DNA of 64,000 bases, taken from contig NEEC01000127.1 in assembly GCA_002189035.1 (NCBI GenBank), forward strand, positions 1 through 64,000. The letters run 5' to 3'. Of this stretch, positions 51,951 through 64,000 are shown piece after piece. The notes below the pieces were generated by a model. It searched no databases and had not been told where the DNA came from. It saw nothing but the letters and a program-made list of their open reading frames with translations. The position numbers and the translations under genes were made by a program. Origin of the DNA: Utricularia gibba (lineage: Eukaryota; Plantae; Magnoliophyta). Positions within the stretch are counted from its first letter, which is position 1, and each line of letters starts with the position of its first letter.

Positions 51951-53360
51951 TCGCCTTCTATTAGCCTTCAGATGCGCCACAAAGTGGCCACCACGTTCGC
52001 GACGATGCGACTTGTAACACCAGAATCGACGCGATTGTGATTTTCGGCTTGCAAAACATCTGCGTTTTTTGGGTGATGTGAAATATGGGTTTTCGAGGCG
52101 ATCTTGCACATGCTTAGGGTGTTTCCTACCCGAAGCCTCATGGTTTCCTCGCACACCGTTCGGCATCTCGTCGATATCCTGAAGACCGTGATGAGTCACG
52201 CTGCGCCCGGAATACCGTTTCGAAGCTCGTTCCGAGCCGGTCATCTTCCGTGTTGAATGCTTCTTCGTCCGAGGATGCATCAGAGCTCGAATTATCGCCT
52301 TATATTAGCCTTCAGATGTGCCACAAAGTGGCCACCACGTTCGCGACGATGCGACTTGGAACACCAAAATCGACGCGATTGTAATTTTCGGCTTGCAAAA
52401 CATCTGCGTTTTTTGGGTGATGTGAAATATGGGTTTTCGAGGCGATCTTTGCACATGCTTAGGGTGTGTCCCTACCCGAAGCCTCATGGTTTCCTCGCAC
52501 ACCGGCATCTCGTCGATATCCTGAAGACCGTGATGAGTCACGCTGCGCCCGGAATACCGTTTCGAAGCTCGTTCCGAGCCAGTCATCTTCCGTGTTGAAT
52601 GCTTCTTCGTCCGAGGATGCATAAGAGCTCGAATTATCGCCTTATATTAGCCTTCAGATGTGCCACAAAGTGGCCACCACGTTCGCGACGATGCGACTTG
52701 GAACACCAAAATCGACGTGATTGTAATTTTCGGCTTGCAAAACATCTGCGTTTTTTCGGGTGATGTGAAATATGGGTTTTCGAGGCGATCTTTGCACATG
52801 CTTAGGGTGTGTCCCTACTCGAAGCCTCATGGTTTCCTCGCACACCGTTCGGCATCTCGTCGATATCCTGAAGACCGTGATGAGTCACGCTGCGCCCGGC
52901 ATACCGTTTCGAAGCTCGCGTTCCGAGCCGGTCATCTTCCGTGTTGAAAGCTTCTTCGTCCGAGGATGCATCAGAGCTCGAATTATCGCCTTCTATTAGC
53001 CTTTCAGATGCGCCACAAAGTGGCCACCACGTTCGCGACGATGCGACTTGGAACACCAAATCGACGCGATTGCGATTTTCGGCTTGCAAAACATCTGCGT
53101 TTTTTGGGTGATGTGAAATATGGGTTTTCGAGGCGATCTTTGCACATGCTTAGGGTGTGTCCCTACCGAAGCCTCATGGTTTCCTCGCACACCGTTCGGC
53201 ATCTCGTCGATATCCTGAAGACCGTGATGAGTCACGCTGCGCCCGGAATACCGTTTCGAAGCTCGTTCCGAGCCGGTCATCTTCCGTGTTGAAAGCTTCT
53301 TCGTCCGAGGATGCATCAGAGCTCGAATTATCGCCTTCTATTAGCCTTCAGATGCGCCAC

Positions 53361-56300
53361 AAAGTGGCCACCACGTTCGCGACGATGCGACTTGAACACA
53401 GAATCGACGCGATTGTGATTTTCGGCTTGCAAAACATCTGCGTTTTTTTCGGGTGATGTGAAATATGGGTTTTCGAGGCGATCTTTGCACATGCTTAGGG
53501 TGTGTCCCTACCGAAGCCTCATGGTTTCCTCGCACACCGTTCGGCATCTCGTCGATATCCTGAAGACCGTGATGAGTCACGCTGCGCCCGGCATACCGTT
53601 TCGAAGCTCGTTCCGAGCCGGTCATCTTCCGTGTTTAAAGCTTCTTCGTCCGAGGATGCATCAGAGCTCGAATTATCGCCTTCTATTAGCCTTCAGATGC
53701 GCCACAAAGTGGCCACCACGTTCGCGACGATGCGACTTGAACACCAGAATCGACGCGATTGATTTTCGGCTTGCAAAACATCTGCGTTTTTGGTGATGTG
53801 AAATATGGGTTTTCGAGGCGATCTTGCACATGCTTAGGGTGTGTTTCTACCCGAAGCCTCATGGTTTCCTCGCACACCGTTCGGCATCTCGTCGATATCC
53901 TGAAGACCGTGATGAGTCACGCTGCGCCCGGAATACCGTTTCGAAGCTCGTTCCGAGCCGGTCATCTTCCGTGTTGAAGCTTCTTCGTCCGAGGATGCAT
54001 CAGAGCTCGAATTATCGCCTTCTATTAGCCTTCAGATGCGCCACAAAGTGGCCACCACGTTCGCGACGATGCGACTTGAACACCAGAATCGACGCGATTG
54101 TGATTTTCGGCTTGCAAAACATCTGCGTTTTTTTCGGGTGATGTGAAATATGGGTTTTCGAGGCGATCTTTGCACATGCTTAGGGTGTGTCCTACCGAAG
54201 CCTCATGGTTTCCTCGCACACCGTTCGGCATCTCGTCGATATCCTGAAGACCCGTGATGAGTCACGCTGCGCCCGGCATACCGTTTCGAAGCTCGTTCCG
54301 AGCCGGTCATCTTCCGTGTTGAAAGCTTCTTCGTCCGAGGATGCATCAGAGCTCGAATTATCGCCTTCTATTAGCCTTCAGATGCGCCACAAAGTGGCCA
54401 CCACGTTCGCGACGATGCGACTTGAACACAAGAATCGACGCGATTGTGATTTTCGGCTTGCAAAACATCTGCGTTTTTTGGGTGATGTGAAATATGGGTT
54501 TTCGAGGCGATCTTTGCACATGCTTAGGGTGTGTCCTACCGAAGCCTCATGGTTTCCTCGCACACCGTTCGGCATCTCGTCGATATCCTGAAGACCGTGA
54601 TGAGTCACGCTGCGCCCGGCATACCGTTTCGAAGCTCGTTCCGAGCCGGTCATCTTCCGTGTTTAAAGCTTCTTCGTCCGAGGATGCATCAGAGCTCGAA
54701 TTATCGCCTTCTATTAGCCTTCAGATGCGCCACAAAGTGGCCACCACGTTCGCGACGATGCGACTTGAACACCAGAATCGACGCGATTGTGATTTTCGGC
54801 TTGCAAAACATCTGCGTTTTTTCGGGTGATGTGAAATATGGGTTTTCGAGGCGATCTTTGCACATGCTTAGGGTGTGTCCTACGAAGCCTCATGGTTTCC
54901 TCGCACACCGTTCGGCATCTCGTCGATATCCTGAAGACCGTGATGAGTCACGCTGCGCCCGGAATACCGTTTCGAAGCTCGTTCCGAGCCGGTCATCTTC
55001 CGTGTTTAAAGCTTCTTCGTCCGAGGATGCATCAGAGCTCGAATTATCGCCTTCTATTAGCCTTCAGATGCGCCACAAAGTGGCCACCACGTTCGCGACG
55101 ATGCGACTTGGAACACAATCGACGCGATTGTGATTTTCGGCTTGCAAAACATCTGCGTTTTTTCGGGTGATGTGAAATATGGGTTTTCGAGGCGATCTTT
55201 GCACATGCTTAGGGTGTGTCCCTACCCGAAGCCTCATGGTTTGTCGTTCGCATCTCGTCGATATCCTGAAGACCGTGATGAGTCACGCTGCGCCCGGGCA
55301 TACCGTTTCGAAGCTCGTTCCGAGCCGGTCATCTTCCGTGTTGAAAGCTTCTTCGTCCGAGGATGCATCAGAGCTCGAATTATCGCCTTCTATTAGCCTT
55401 CAGATGTGCCACAAAGTGGCCACCACGTTCGACGATGCGACTTGAACACCAGAATCGACGCGATTGTGATTTTCGGCTTGCAAAACATCTGCGTTTTTTT
55501 CGGGTGATGTGAAATATGGGTTTTCGAGGCGATCTTTGCACATGCTTAGGTGTGTCCTACGAAGCCTCATGGTTTCCTCGCACACCGTTCGGCATCTCGT
55601 CGATATCCTGAAGACCGTGATGAGTCACGCTGCGCCCGGCATACCGTTTCGAAGCTCGTTCCGAGCCGGTCATCTTCCGTGTTTAAAGCTTCTTCGTCCG
55701 AGGATGCATCAGAGCTCGAATTATCGCCTTCTATTAGCCTTCAGATGCGCCACAAAGTGGCCACCACGTTCGCGACGATGCGACTTGAACACCAAAATCG
55801 ACGCGATTGATTTTCGGCTTGCAAAACATCTGCGTTTTTTCGGGTGATGTGAAATATGGGTTTTCGAGGCGATCTTTGCACATGCTTAGGGTGTGTCCTA
55901 CGTGAAGCCTCATGGTTTCCTCGCACACCGTTCGGCATCTCGTCGATATCCTGAAGACCGTGATGAGTCACGCTGCGCCCGGCATACCGTTTCGAAGCTC
56001 GTTCCGAGCCGGTCATCTTCCGTGTTTAAAGCTTCTTCGTCCGAGGATGCATCAGAGCTCGAATTATCGCCTTCTATTAGCCTTCAGATGCGCCACAAAG
56101 TGGCCACCACGTTCGCGACGATGCGACTTGAACACCAGAATCGACGCGATTGTGATTTTCGGCTTGCAAAACATCTGCGTTTTTTTCGGGTGATGTGAAA
56201 TATGGGTTTTCGAGGCGATCTTTGCACATGCTTAGGGTGTGTCCTACCGAAGCCTCATGGTTTCCTCGCACACCGTTCGGCATCTCGTCGATATCCTGAA

Positions 56301-59300
56301 GACCGTGATGAGTCACGCTGCGCCCGGAATACCGTTTCGAAGCTCGTTCCGAGCCGGTCATCTTCCGTGTTAAAGCTTCTTCGTCCGAGGATGCATCAGA
56401 GCTCGAATTATCGCCTTCTATTAGCCTTCAGATGCGCCACAAAGTGGCCACCACGTTCGCGACGATGCGACTTGTAACACCAGAATCGACGCGATTGTGA
56501 TTTTCGGCTTGCAAAACATCTGCGTTTTTTTGGGTGATGTGAAATATGGGTTTTCGAGGCGATCTTTTGCACATGCTTAGGGTGTGTTCTACCCGAAGCC
56601 TCATGGTTTCCTCGCACACCGTTCGGCATCTCGTCGATATCCTGAAGACCGTGATGAGTCACGCTGCGCCCGGAATACCGTTTCGAAGCTCGTTCCGAGC
56701 CGGTCATCTTCCGTGTTGAAAGCTTCTTCGTCCGAGGATGCATCAGAGCTCGAATTATCGCCTTCTATTAGCCTTCAGATGCGCCACAAAGTGGCCACCA
56801 CGTTCGCGACGATGCGACTTGAACACCAGAATCGACGCGATTGTGATTTTCGGCTTGCAAAACATCTGCGTTTTTTCGGGTGATGTGAAATATGGGTTTT
56901 CGAGGCGATCTTTGCACATGCTTAGGGTGTGTCCCTACGTGAAGCCTCATGGTTTCCTCGCACACCGTTCGGCATCTCGTCGATATCCTGAAGACCGTGA
57001 TGAGTCACGCTGCGCCCGGAATACCGTTTCGAAGCTCGTTCCGAGCCGGTCATCTTCCGTGTTGAAAGCTTCTTCGTCCGAGGATGCATCAGAGCTCGAA
57101 TTATCGCCTTCTATTAGCCTTCAGATGCGCCACAAAGTGGCCACCACGTTCGCGACGATGCGACTTGAACACAGAATCGACGCGATTGTGATTTTCGGCT
57201 TGCAAAACATCTGCGTTTTTTCGGGTGATGTGAAATATGGGTTTTCGAGGCGATCTTTGCACATGCTTAGGGTGTGTCACTACCGAAGCCTCATGGTTTC
57301 CTCGCACACCGTTCGGCATCTCGTCGATATCCTGAAGACCGTGATGAGTCACGCTGCGGCATACCGTTTCGAAGCTCGTTCCGAGCCGGTCATCTTCCGT
57401 GTTTAAAGCTTCTTCGTCCGAGGATGCATCAGAGCTCGAATTATCGCCTTCTATTAGCCTTCAGATGCGCCACAAAGTGGCCACCACGTTCGCGACGATG
57501 CGACTTGTAACACCAGAATCGACGCGATTGTGATTTTCGGCTTGCAAAACATCTGCGTTTTTTGGGTGATGTGAAATATGGGTTTTCGAGGCGATCTTTG
57601 CACATGCTTAGGGTGTGTCCTACGTGAAGCCTCATGGTTTCCTCGCACACCGTTCGGCATCTCGTCGATATCCTGAAGACCGTGATGAGTCACGCTGCGC
57701 CCGGCATACCGTTTCGAAGCTCGTTCCGAGCCGGTCATCTTCCGTGTTTAAAGCTTCTTCGTCCGAGGATGCATCAGAGCTCGAATTATCGCCTTCTATT
57801 AGCCTTCAGATGCGCCACAAAGTGGCCACCACGTTCGCGACGATGCGACTTGTAACACCAGAATCGACGCGATTGTGATTTTCGGCTTGCAAAACATCTG
57901 CGTTTTTTTGGGTGATGTGAAATATGGGTTTTCGAGGCGATCTTTGCACATGCTTAGGGTGTGTCTACCCGAAGCCTCATGGTTTCTCGCACACCGTTCG
58001 GCATCTCGTCGATATCCTGAAGACCGTGATGAGTCACGCTGCGCCCGGAATACCGTTTCGAAGCTCGTTCCGAGCCGGTCATCTTCCGTGTTGAAAGCTT
58101 CTTCGTCCGAGGATGCATCAGAGCTCGAATTATCGCCTTCTATTAGCCTTCAGATGCGCCACAAAGTGGCCACCACGTTCGCGACGATGCGACTTGTAAC
58201 ACCAGAATCGACGCGATTGTGATTTTCGGCTTGCAAAACATCTGCGTTTTTTTCGGGTGATGTGAATATGGGTTTTCGAGGCGATCTTTGCACATGCTTA
58301 GGGTGTGTCCCTACGAAGCCTCATGGTTTCCTCGCACACCGTTCGGCATCTCGTCGATATCCTGAAGACCGTGATGAGTCACGCTGCGCCCGGAATACCG
58401 TTTCGAAGCTCGTTCCGAGCCGGTCATCTTCCGTGTTTGAAAGCTTCTTCGTCCCGAGGATGCATCAGAGCTCGAATTATCGCCTTCTATTAGCCTTCAG
58501 ATGCGCCACAAAGTGGCCACCACGTTCGACGATGCGACTTGAACACCAGAATCGACGCGATTGTGATTTTCGGCTTGCAAAACATCTGCGTTTTTTCGGG
58601 TGATGTGAAATATGGGTTTTCGAGGCGATCTTTGCACATGCTTAGGGTGTGTCACTACGTGAAGCCTCATGGTTTCCTCGCACACCGTTCGGCATCTCGT
58701 CGATATCCTGAAGACCGTGATGAGTCACGCTGCGCCCGGCATACCGTTTCGAAGCTCGTTCCGAGCCGGTCATCTTCCGTGTTTAAAGCTTCTTCGTCCG
58801 AGGATGCATCAGAGCTCGAATTATCGCCTTCTATTAGCCTTCAGATGCGCCACAAAGTGGCCACCACGTTCGCGACGATGCGACTTGAACACCAGAATCG
58901 ACGCGATTGTGATTTTCGGCTTGCAAAACATCTGCGTTTTTTGGGTGATGTGAAATATGGGTTTTCGAGGCGATCTTTGCACATGCTTAGGGTGTGTCCT
59001 ACCGAAGCCTCATGGTTTCCTCGCACACCGTTCGGCATCTCGTCGATATCCTGAAGACCGTGATGAGTCACGCTGCGCCCGGCATACCGTTTCGAAGCTC
59101 GTTCCGAGCCGGTCATCTTCCGTGTTGAAAGCTTCTTCGTCCGAGGATGCATCAGAGCTCGAATTATCGCCTTCTATTAGCCTTCAGATGCGCCACAAAG
59201 TGGCCACCACGTTCGCGACGATGCGACTGTAACACCAGAATCGACGATTGTGATTTTCGGCTTGCAAAACATCTGCGTTTTTTCGGGTGATGTGAAATAT

Positions 59301-62300
59301 GGGTTTTCGAGGCGATCTTTGCACATGCTTAGGGTGTGTCACTACGTGAAGCCTCATGGTTTCCTCGCACACCGTTCGGCATCTCGTCGATATCCTGAAG
59401 ACCGTGATGAGTCACGCTGCGCCCGGAATACCGTTTCGAAGCTCGTTCCGAGCCGGTCATCTTCCGTGTTTAAAGCTTCTTCGTCCGAGGATGCATCAGA
59501 GCTCGAATTATCGCCTTCTATTAGCCTTCAGATGCGCCACAAAGTGGCCACCACGTTCGCGACGATGCGACTTGAACACGAATCGACGCGATTGATTTTC
59601 GGCTTGCAAAACATCTGCGTTTTTTGGGTGATGTGAAATATGGGTTTTCGAGGCGATCTTGCACATGCTTAGGGTGTGTCCTACCCGAAGCCTCATGGTT
59701 TCCTCGCACACCGTTCGGCATCTCGTCGATATCCAAGACCGTGATGAGTCACGCTGCGCCCGGAATACCGTTTCGAAGCTCGTTCCGAGCCGGTCATCTT
59801 CCGTGTTGAAAGCTTCTTCGTCCGAGGATGCATCAGAGCTCGAATTATCGCCTTCTATTAGCCTTCAGATGCGCCACAAAGTGGCCACCACGTTCGCGAC
59901 GATGCGACTTGAACACCAGAATCGACGCGATTGTGATTTTCGGCTTGCAAAACATCTGCGTTTTTTCGGGTGATGTGAAATATGGGTTTTCGAGGCGATC
60001 TTTGCACATGCTTAGGGTGTGTCCTACGTGAAGCCTCATGGTTTCCTCGCACACCGTTCGGCATCTCGTCGATATCCTGAAGACCGTGATGAGTCACGCT
60101 GCGCCCGGCATACCGTTTCGAAGCTCGTTCCGAGCCGGTCATCTTCCGTGTTTAAAGCTTCTTCGTCCGAGGATGCATCAGAGCTCGAATTATCGCCTTC
60201 TATTAGCCTTCAGATGCGCCACAAAGTGGCCACCACGTTCGCGACGATGCGACTTGAACACCAGAATCGACGCGATTGTGATTTTCGGCTTGCAAAACAT
60301 CTGCGTTTTTTTCGGGTGATGTGAAATATGGGTTTTCGAGGCGATCTTTGCACATGCTTAGGGTGTGTCCTACCGAAGCCTCATGGTTTCCTCGCACACC
60401 GTTCGGCATCTCGTCGATATCCTGAAGACCGTGATGAGTCACGCTGCGCCCGGAATACCGTTTCGAAGCTCGTTCCGAGCCGGTCATCTTCCGTGTTGAA
60501 AGCTTCTTCGTCCGAGGATGCATCAGAGCTCGAATTATCGCCTTCTATTAGCCTTCAGATGCGCCACAAAGTGGCCACCACGTTCGCGACGATGCGACTT
60601 GAACACCAGAATCGACGCGATTGTGATTTTCGGCTTGCAAAACATCTGCGTTTTTTCGGGTGATGTGAAATATGGGTTTTCGAGGCGATCTTTGCACATG
60701 CTTAGGGTGTGTCACTACGTGAAGCCTCATGGTTTCCTCGCACACCGTTCGGCATCTCGTCGATATCCTGAAGACCGTGATGAGTCACGCTGCGCCCGGA
60801 ATACCGTTTCGAAGCTCGTTCCGAGCCGGTCATCTTCCGTGTTTAAAGCTTCTTCGTCCGAGGATGCATCAGAGCTCGAATTATCGCCTTCTATTAGCCT
60901 TCAGATGCGCCACAAAGTGGCCACCACGTTCGCGACGATGCGACTTGGAACACCAAAATCGACGCGATTGATTTTCGGCTTGCAAAACATCTGCGTTTTT
61001 TCGGGTGATGTGAAATATGGGTTTTCGAGGCGATCTTTGCACATGCTTAGGGTGTGTCCTACCGAAGCCTCATGGTTTCCTCGCACACCGTTCGGCATCT
61101 CGTCGATATCCTGAAGACCGTGATGAGTCACGCTGCGCCCGGCATACCGTTTCGAAGCTCGTTCCGAGCCGGTCATCTTCCGTGTTGAAAGCTTCTTCGT
61201 CCGAGGATGCATCAGAGCTCGAATTATCGCCTTCTATTAGCCTTCAGATGCGCCACAAAGTGGCCACCACGTTCGCGACGATGCGACTTGAACACCAGAA
61301 TCGACGCGATTGTGATTTTCGGCTTGCAAAACATCTGCGTTTTTTCGGGTGATGTGAAATATGGGTTTTCGAGGCGATCTTTGCACATGCTTAGGGTGTG
61401 CTACCCGAAGCCTCATGGTTTCCTCGCACACCGTTCGGCATCTCGTCGATATCCTGAAGACCGTGATGAGTCACGCTGCGCCCGGAATACCGTTTCGAAG
61501 CTCGTTCCGAGCCGGTCATCTTCCGTGTTTGAAAGCTTCTTCGTCCGAGGATGCATCAGAGCTCGAATTATCGCCTTCTATTAGCCTTCAGATGCGCCAC
61601 AAAGTGGCCACCACGTTCGACGATGCGACTTGAACACAGAATCGACGCGATTGTGATTTTCGGCTTGCAAAACATCTGCGTTTTTTCGGGTGATGTGAAA
61701 TATGGGTTTTCGAGGCGATCTTTGCACATGCTTAGGGTGTGTCACTACGTGAAGCCTCATGGTTTCCTCGCACACCGTTCGGCATCTCGTCGATATCCTG
61801 AAGACCGTGATGAGTCACGCTGCGCCCGGCATACCGTTTCGAAGCTCGTTCCGAGCCGGTCATCTTCCGTGTTAAAGCTTCTTCGTCCGAGGATGCATCA
61901 GAGCTCGAATTATCGCCTTCTATTAGCCTTCAGATGCGCCACAAAGTGGCCACCACGTTCGCGACGATGCGACTTGTAACACCAGAATCGACGCGATTGT
62001 GATTTTCGGCTTGCAAAACATCTGCGTTTTTCGGGTGATGTGAAATATGGGTTTTCGAGGCGATCTTTGCACATGCTTAGGGTGTGTCCTACCGAAGCCT
62101 CATGGTTTCCTCGCACACCGTTCGGCATCTCGTCGATATCCTGAAGACCGTGATGAGTCACGCTGCGCCCGGCATACCGTTTCGAAGCTCGTTCCGAGCC
62201 GGTCATCTTCCGTGTTTAAAGCTTCTTCGTCCGAGGATGCATCAGAGCTCGAATTATCGCCTTCTATTAGCCTTCAGATGCGCCACAAAGTGGCCACCAC

Positions 62301-64000
62301 GTTCGCGACGATGCGACTTGGAACACAGAATCGACGCGATTGATTTTCGGCTTGCAAAACATCTGCGTTTTTTTTGGGTGATGTGAAATATGGGTTTTCG
62401 AGGCGATCTTGCACATGCTTAGGGTGTGTTTCTACCCGAAGCCTCATGGTTTCCTCGCACACCGTTCGGCATCTCGTCGATATCCTGAAGACCGTGATGA
62501 GTCACGCTGCGCCCGGAATACCGTTTCGAAGCTCGTTCCGAGCCGGTCATCTTCCGTGTTGAAAGCTTCTTCGTCCGAGGATGCATCAGAGCTCGAATTA
62601 TCGCCTTCTATTAGCCTTCAGATGCGCCACAAAGTGGCCACCACGTTCGCGACGATGCGACTTGAACACCAGAATCGACGCGATTGTGATTTTCGGCTTG
62701 CAAAACATCTGCGTTTTTTCGGGTGATGTGAAATATGGGTTTTCGAGGCGATCTTTGCACATGCTTAGGTGTGTCACTACCGAAGCCTCATGGTTTCCTC
62801 GCACACCGTTCGGCATCTCGTCGATATCCTGAAGACCGTGATGAGTCACGCTGCGCCCGGCATACCGTTTCGAAGCTCGTTCCGAGCCGGTCATCTTCCG
62901 TGTTTAAAGCTTCTTCGTCCGAGGATGCATCAGAGCTCGAATTATCGCCTTCTATTAGCCTTCAGATGCGCCACAAAGTGGCCACCACGTTCGCGACGAT
63001 GCGACTTGAACACAGAATCGACGCGATTGTGATTTTCGGCTTGCAAAACATCTGCGGGGTGATGTGAAATATGGGTTTTCGAGGCGATCTTTGCACATGC
63101 TTAGGGTGTGTCCTACCGAAGCCTCATGGTTTCCTCGCACACCGTTCGGCATCTCGTCGATATCCTGAAGACCGTGATGAGTCACGCTGCGCCCGGCATA
63201 CCGTTTCGAGCTCGTTCCGAGCCGGTCATCTTCCGTGTTTTAAAGCTTCTTCGTCCGAGGATGCATCAGAGCTCGAATTATCGCCTTCTATTAGCCTTCA
63301 GATGCCACAAAGTGGCCACCACGTTCGCGACGATGCGACTTGTAACACCAGAATCGACGCGATTGTGATTTTCGGCTTGCAAAACATCTGCGTTTTTTCG
63401 GGTGATGTGAAATATGGGTTTTCGAGGCGATCTTTGCACATGCTTAGGGTGTGTCACTACCGAAGCCTCATGGTTTCCTCGCACACCGTTCGGCATCTCG
63501 TCGATATCCTGAAGACCGTGATGAGTCACGCTGCTGCGCCCGGAATACCGTTTTCGAAGCTCGTTCCGAGCCGGTCATCTTCCGTTTAAAGCTTCTTCGT
63601 CCGAGGATGCATCAGAGCTCGAATTATCGCCTTCTATTAGCCTTCAGATGCGCCACAAAGTGGCCACCACGTTCGCGACGATGCGACTTGGAACACCAAA
63701 ATCGACGATTGATTTTCGGCTTGCAAAACATCTGCGTTTTTTCGGGTGATGTGAAATATGGGTTTTCGAGGCGATCTTTGCACATGCTTAGGGTGTGTCC
63801 TACGTGAAGCCTCATGGTTTCCTCGCACACCGTTCGGCATCTCGTCGATATCCTGAAGACCGTGATGAGTCACGCTGCGCCCGGGCATACCGTTTCGAAG
63901 CTCGTTCCGAGCCGGTCATCTTCCGTGTTTAAAGCTTCTTCGTCCGAGGATGCATCAGAGCTCGAATTATCGCCTTCTATTAGCCTTCAGATGCGCCACA
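53361..64000. repeat. Sub-array / layer III (31 monomers, continues past window end)
   Basis: Returns to GATGCGCCAC, CTTGAAC/CTTGTAAC, CCAGAATC, frequent CGGCAT and TTTAAAG. Adds private alleles CTACGTGAAG (from ~55900) and GTCACTAC (from ~57275). Confidence 0.82.

Larger units (their letters stand above)
1..64000. repeat. Tandem (satellite-like) array of ~345-bp monomers, ~185-190 copies, head-to-tail, open at both window edges
   Basis: The anchor AAGTGGCCACCACGTTCGCG recurs at 1, 342, 686, 1031, 1375, 1718 and on to ~63658, a period of 341-346 bp. All copies are in one orientation, and I saw no inversion or foreign insert. The ORF track repeats the same peptides throughout. Confidence 0.99.

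Noticed and set aside
1-64000. Hundreds of 60-391 aa ORFs on both strands as protein-coding genes
   Set aside because: All are reframings of one monomer. Longer ORFs arise where indels splice frames together (for example 16038-17021, 37375-38196, 40534-41709). I recognise no domain or coherent start context.
1-64000. CRISPR array
   Set aside because: No unique spacers. The whole 345-bp unit repeats, and no cas genes are present.
63991-64000. Window end joins window start in perfect monomer phase (...GCGCCACA + AAGTGGCC...), suggesting a closed circle
   Set aside because: The window length is an imposed round number, so the match (about 1 in 345) is most likely coincidence. It would matter only if the source contig is itself exactly this long and flagged circular.
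1-64000. Scattered single-base indels as real monomer divergence
   Set aside because: They concentrate in homopolymers (T6, A4, C3, G3) and are mostly deletions, which is the typical noisy long-read error profile.

Overview
The whole 64 kb window is one uninterrupted, head-to-tail, single-orientation tandem array of a ~345-bp monomer (about 185-190 copies; my hand count of the consensus gives ~52% GC and 34 CpG per monomer). I find no unique sequence, no supportable protein-coding gene, no RNA gene, no transposon and no CRISPR. Every ORF in the six-frame track is a reframing of the same monomer. It looks like satellite DNA, most plausibly eukaryotic, but I cannot assign it to a named family or host. 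The informative structure is in the variants. There are three layers: I (1-17733), II (17734 to ~51950) and III (~53360-64000), and the outer two resemble each other more than either resembles the core. The I/II switch falls exactly on a truncation junction at 17733. The core shows a probable 7-8-monomer higher-order period, and layer III carries private alleles. Between ~33 and 51 kb, many patches consist of out-of-phase monomer fragments interleaved together. These, plus pervasive homopolymer indels, point to noisy long-read or consensus artefacts. I found no convincing new gene system. The best leads are the layered satellite architecture and, more speculatively, a circular-template (concatemer) origin with an almost stop-free 115-codon frame.
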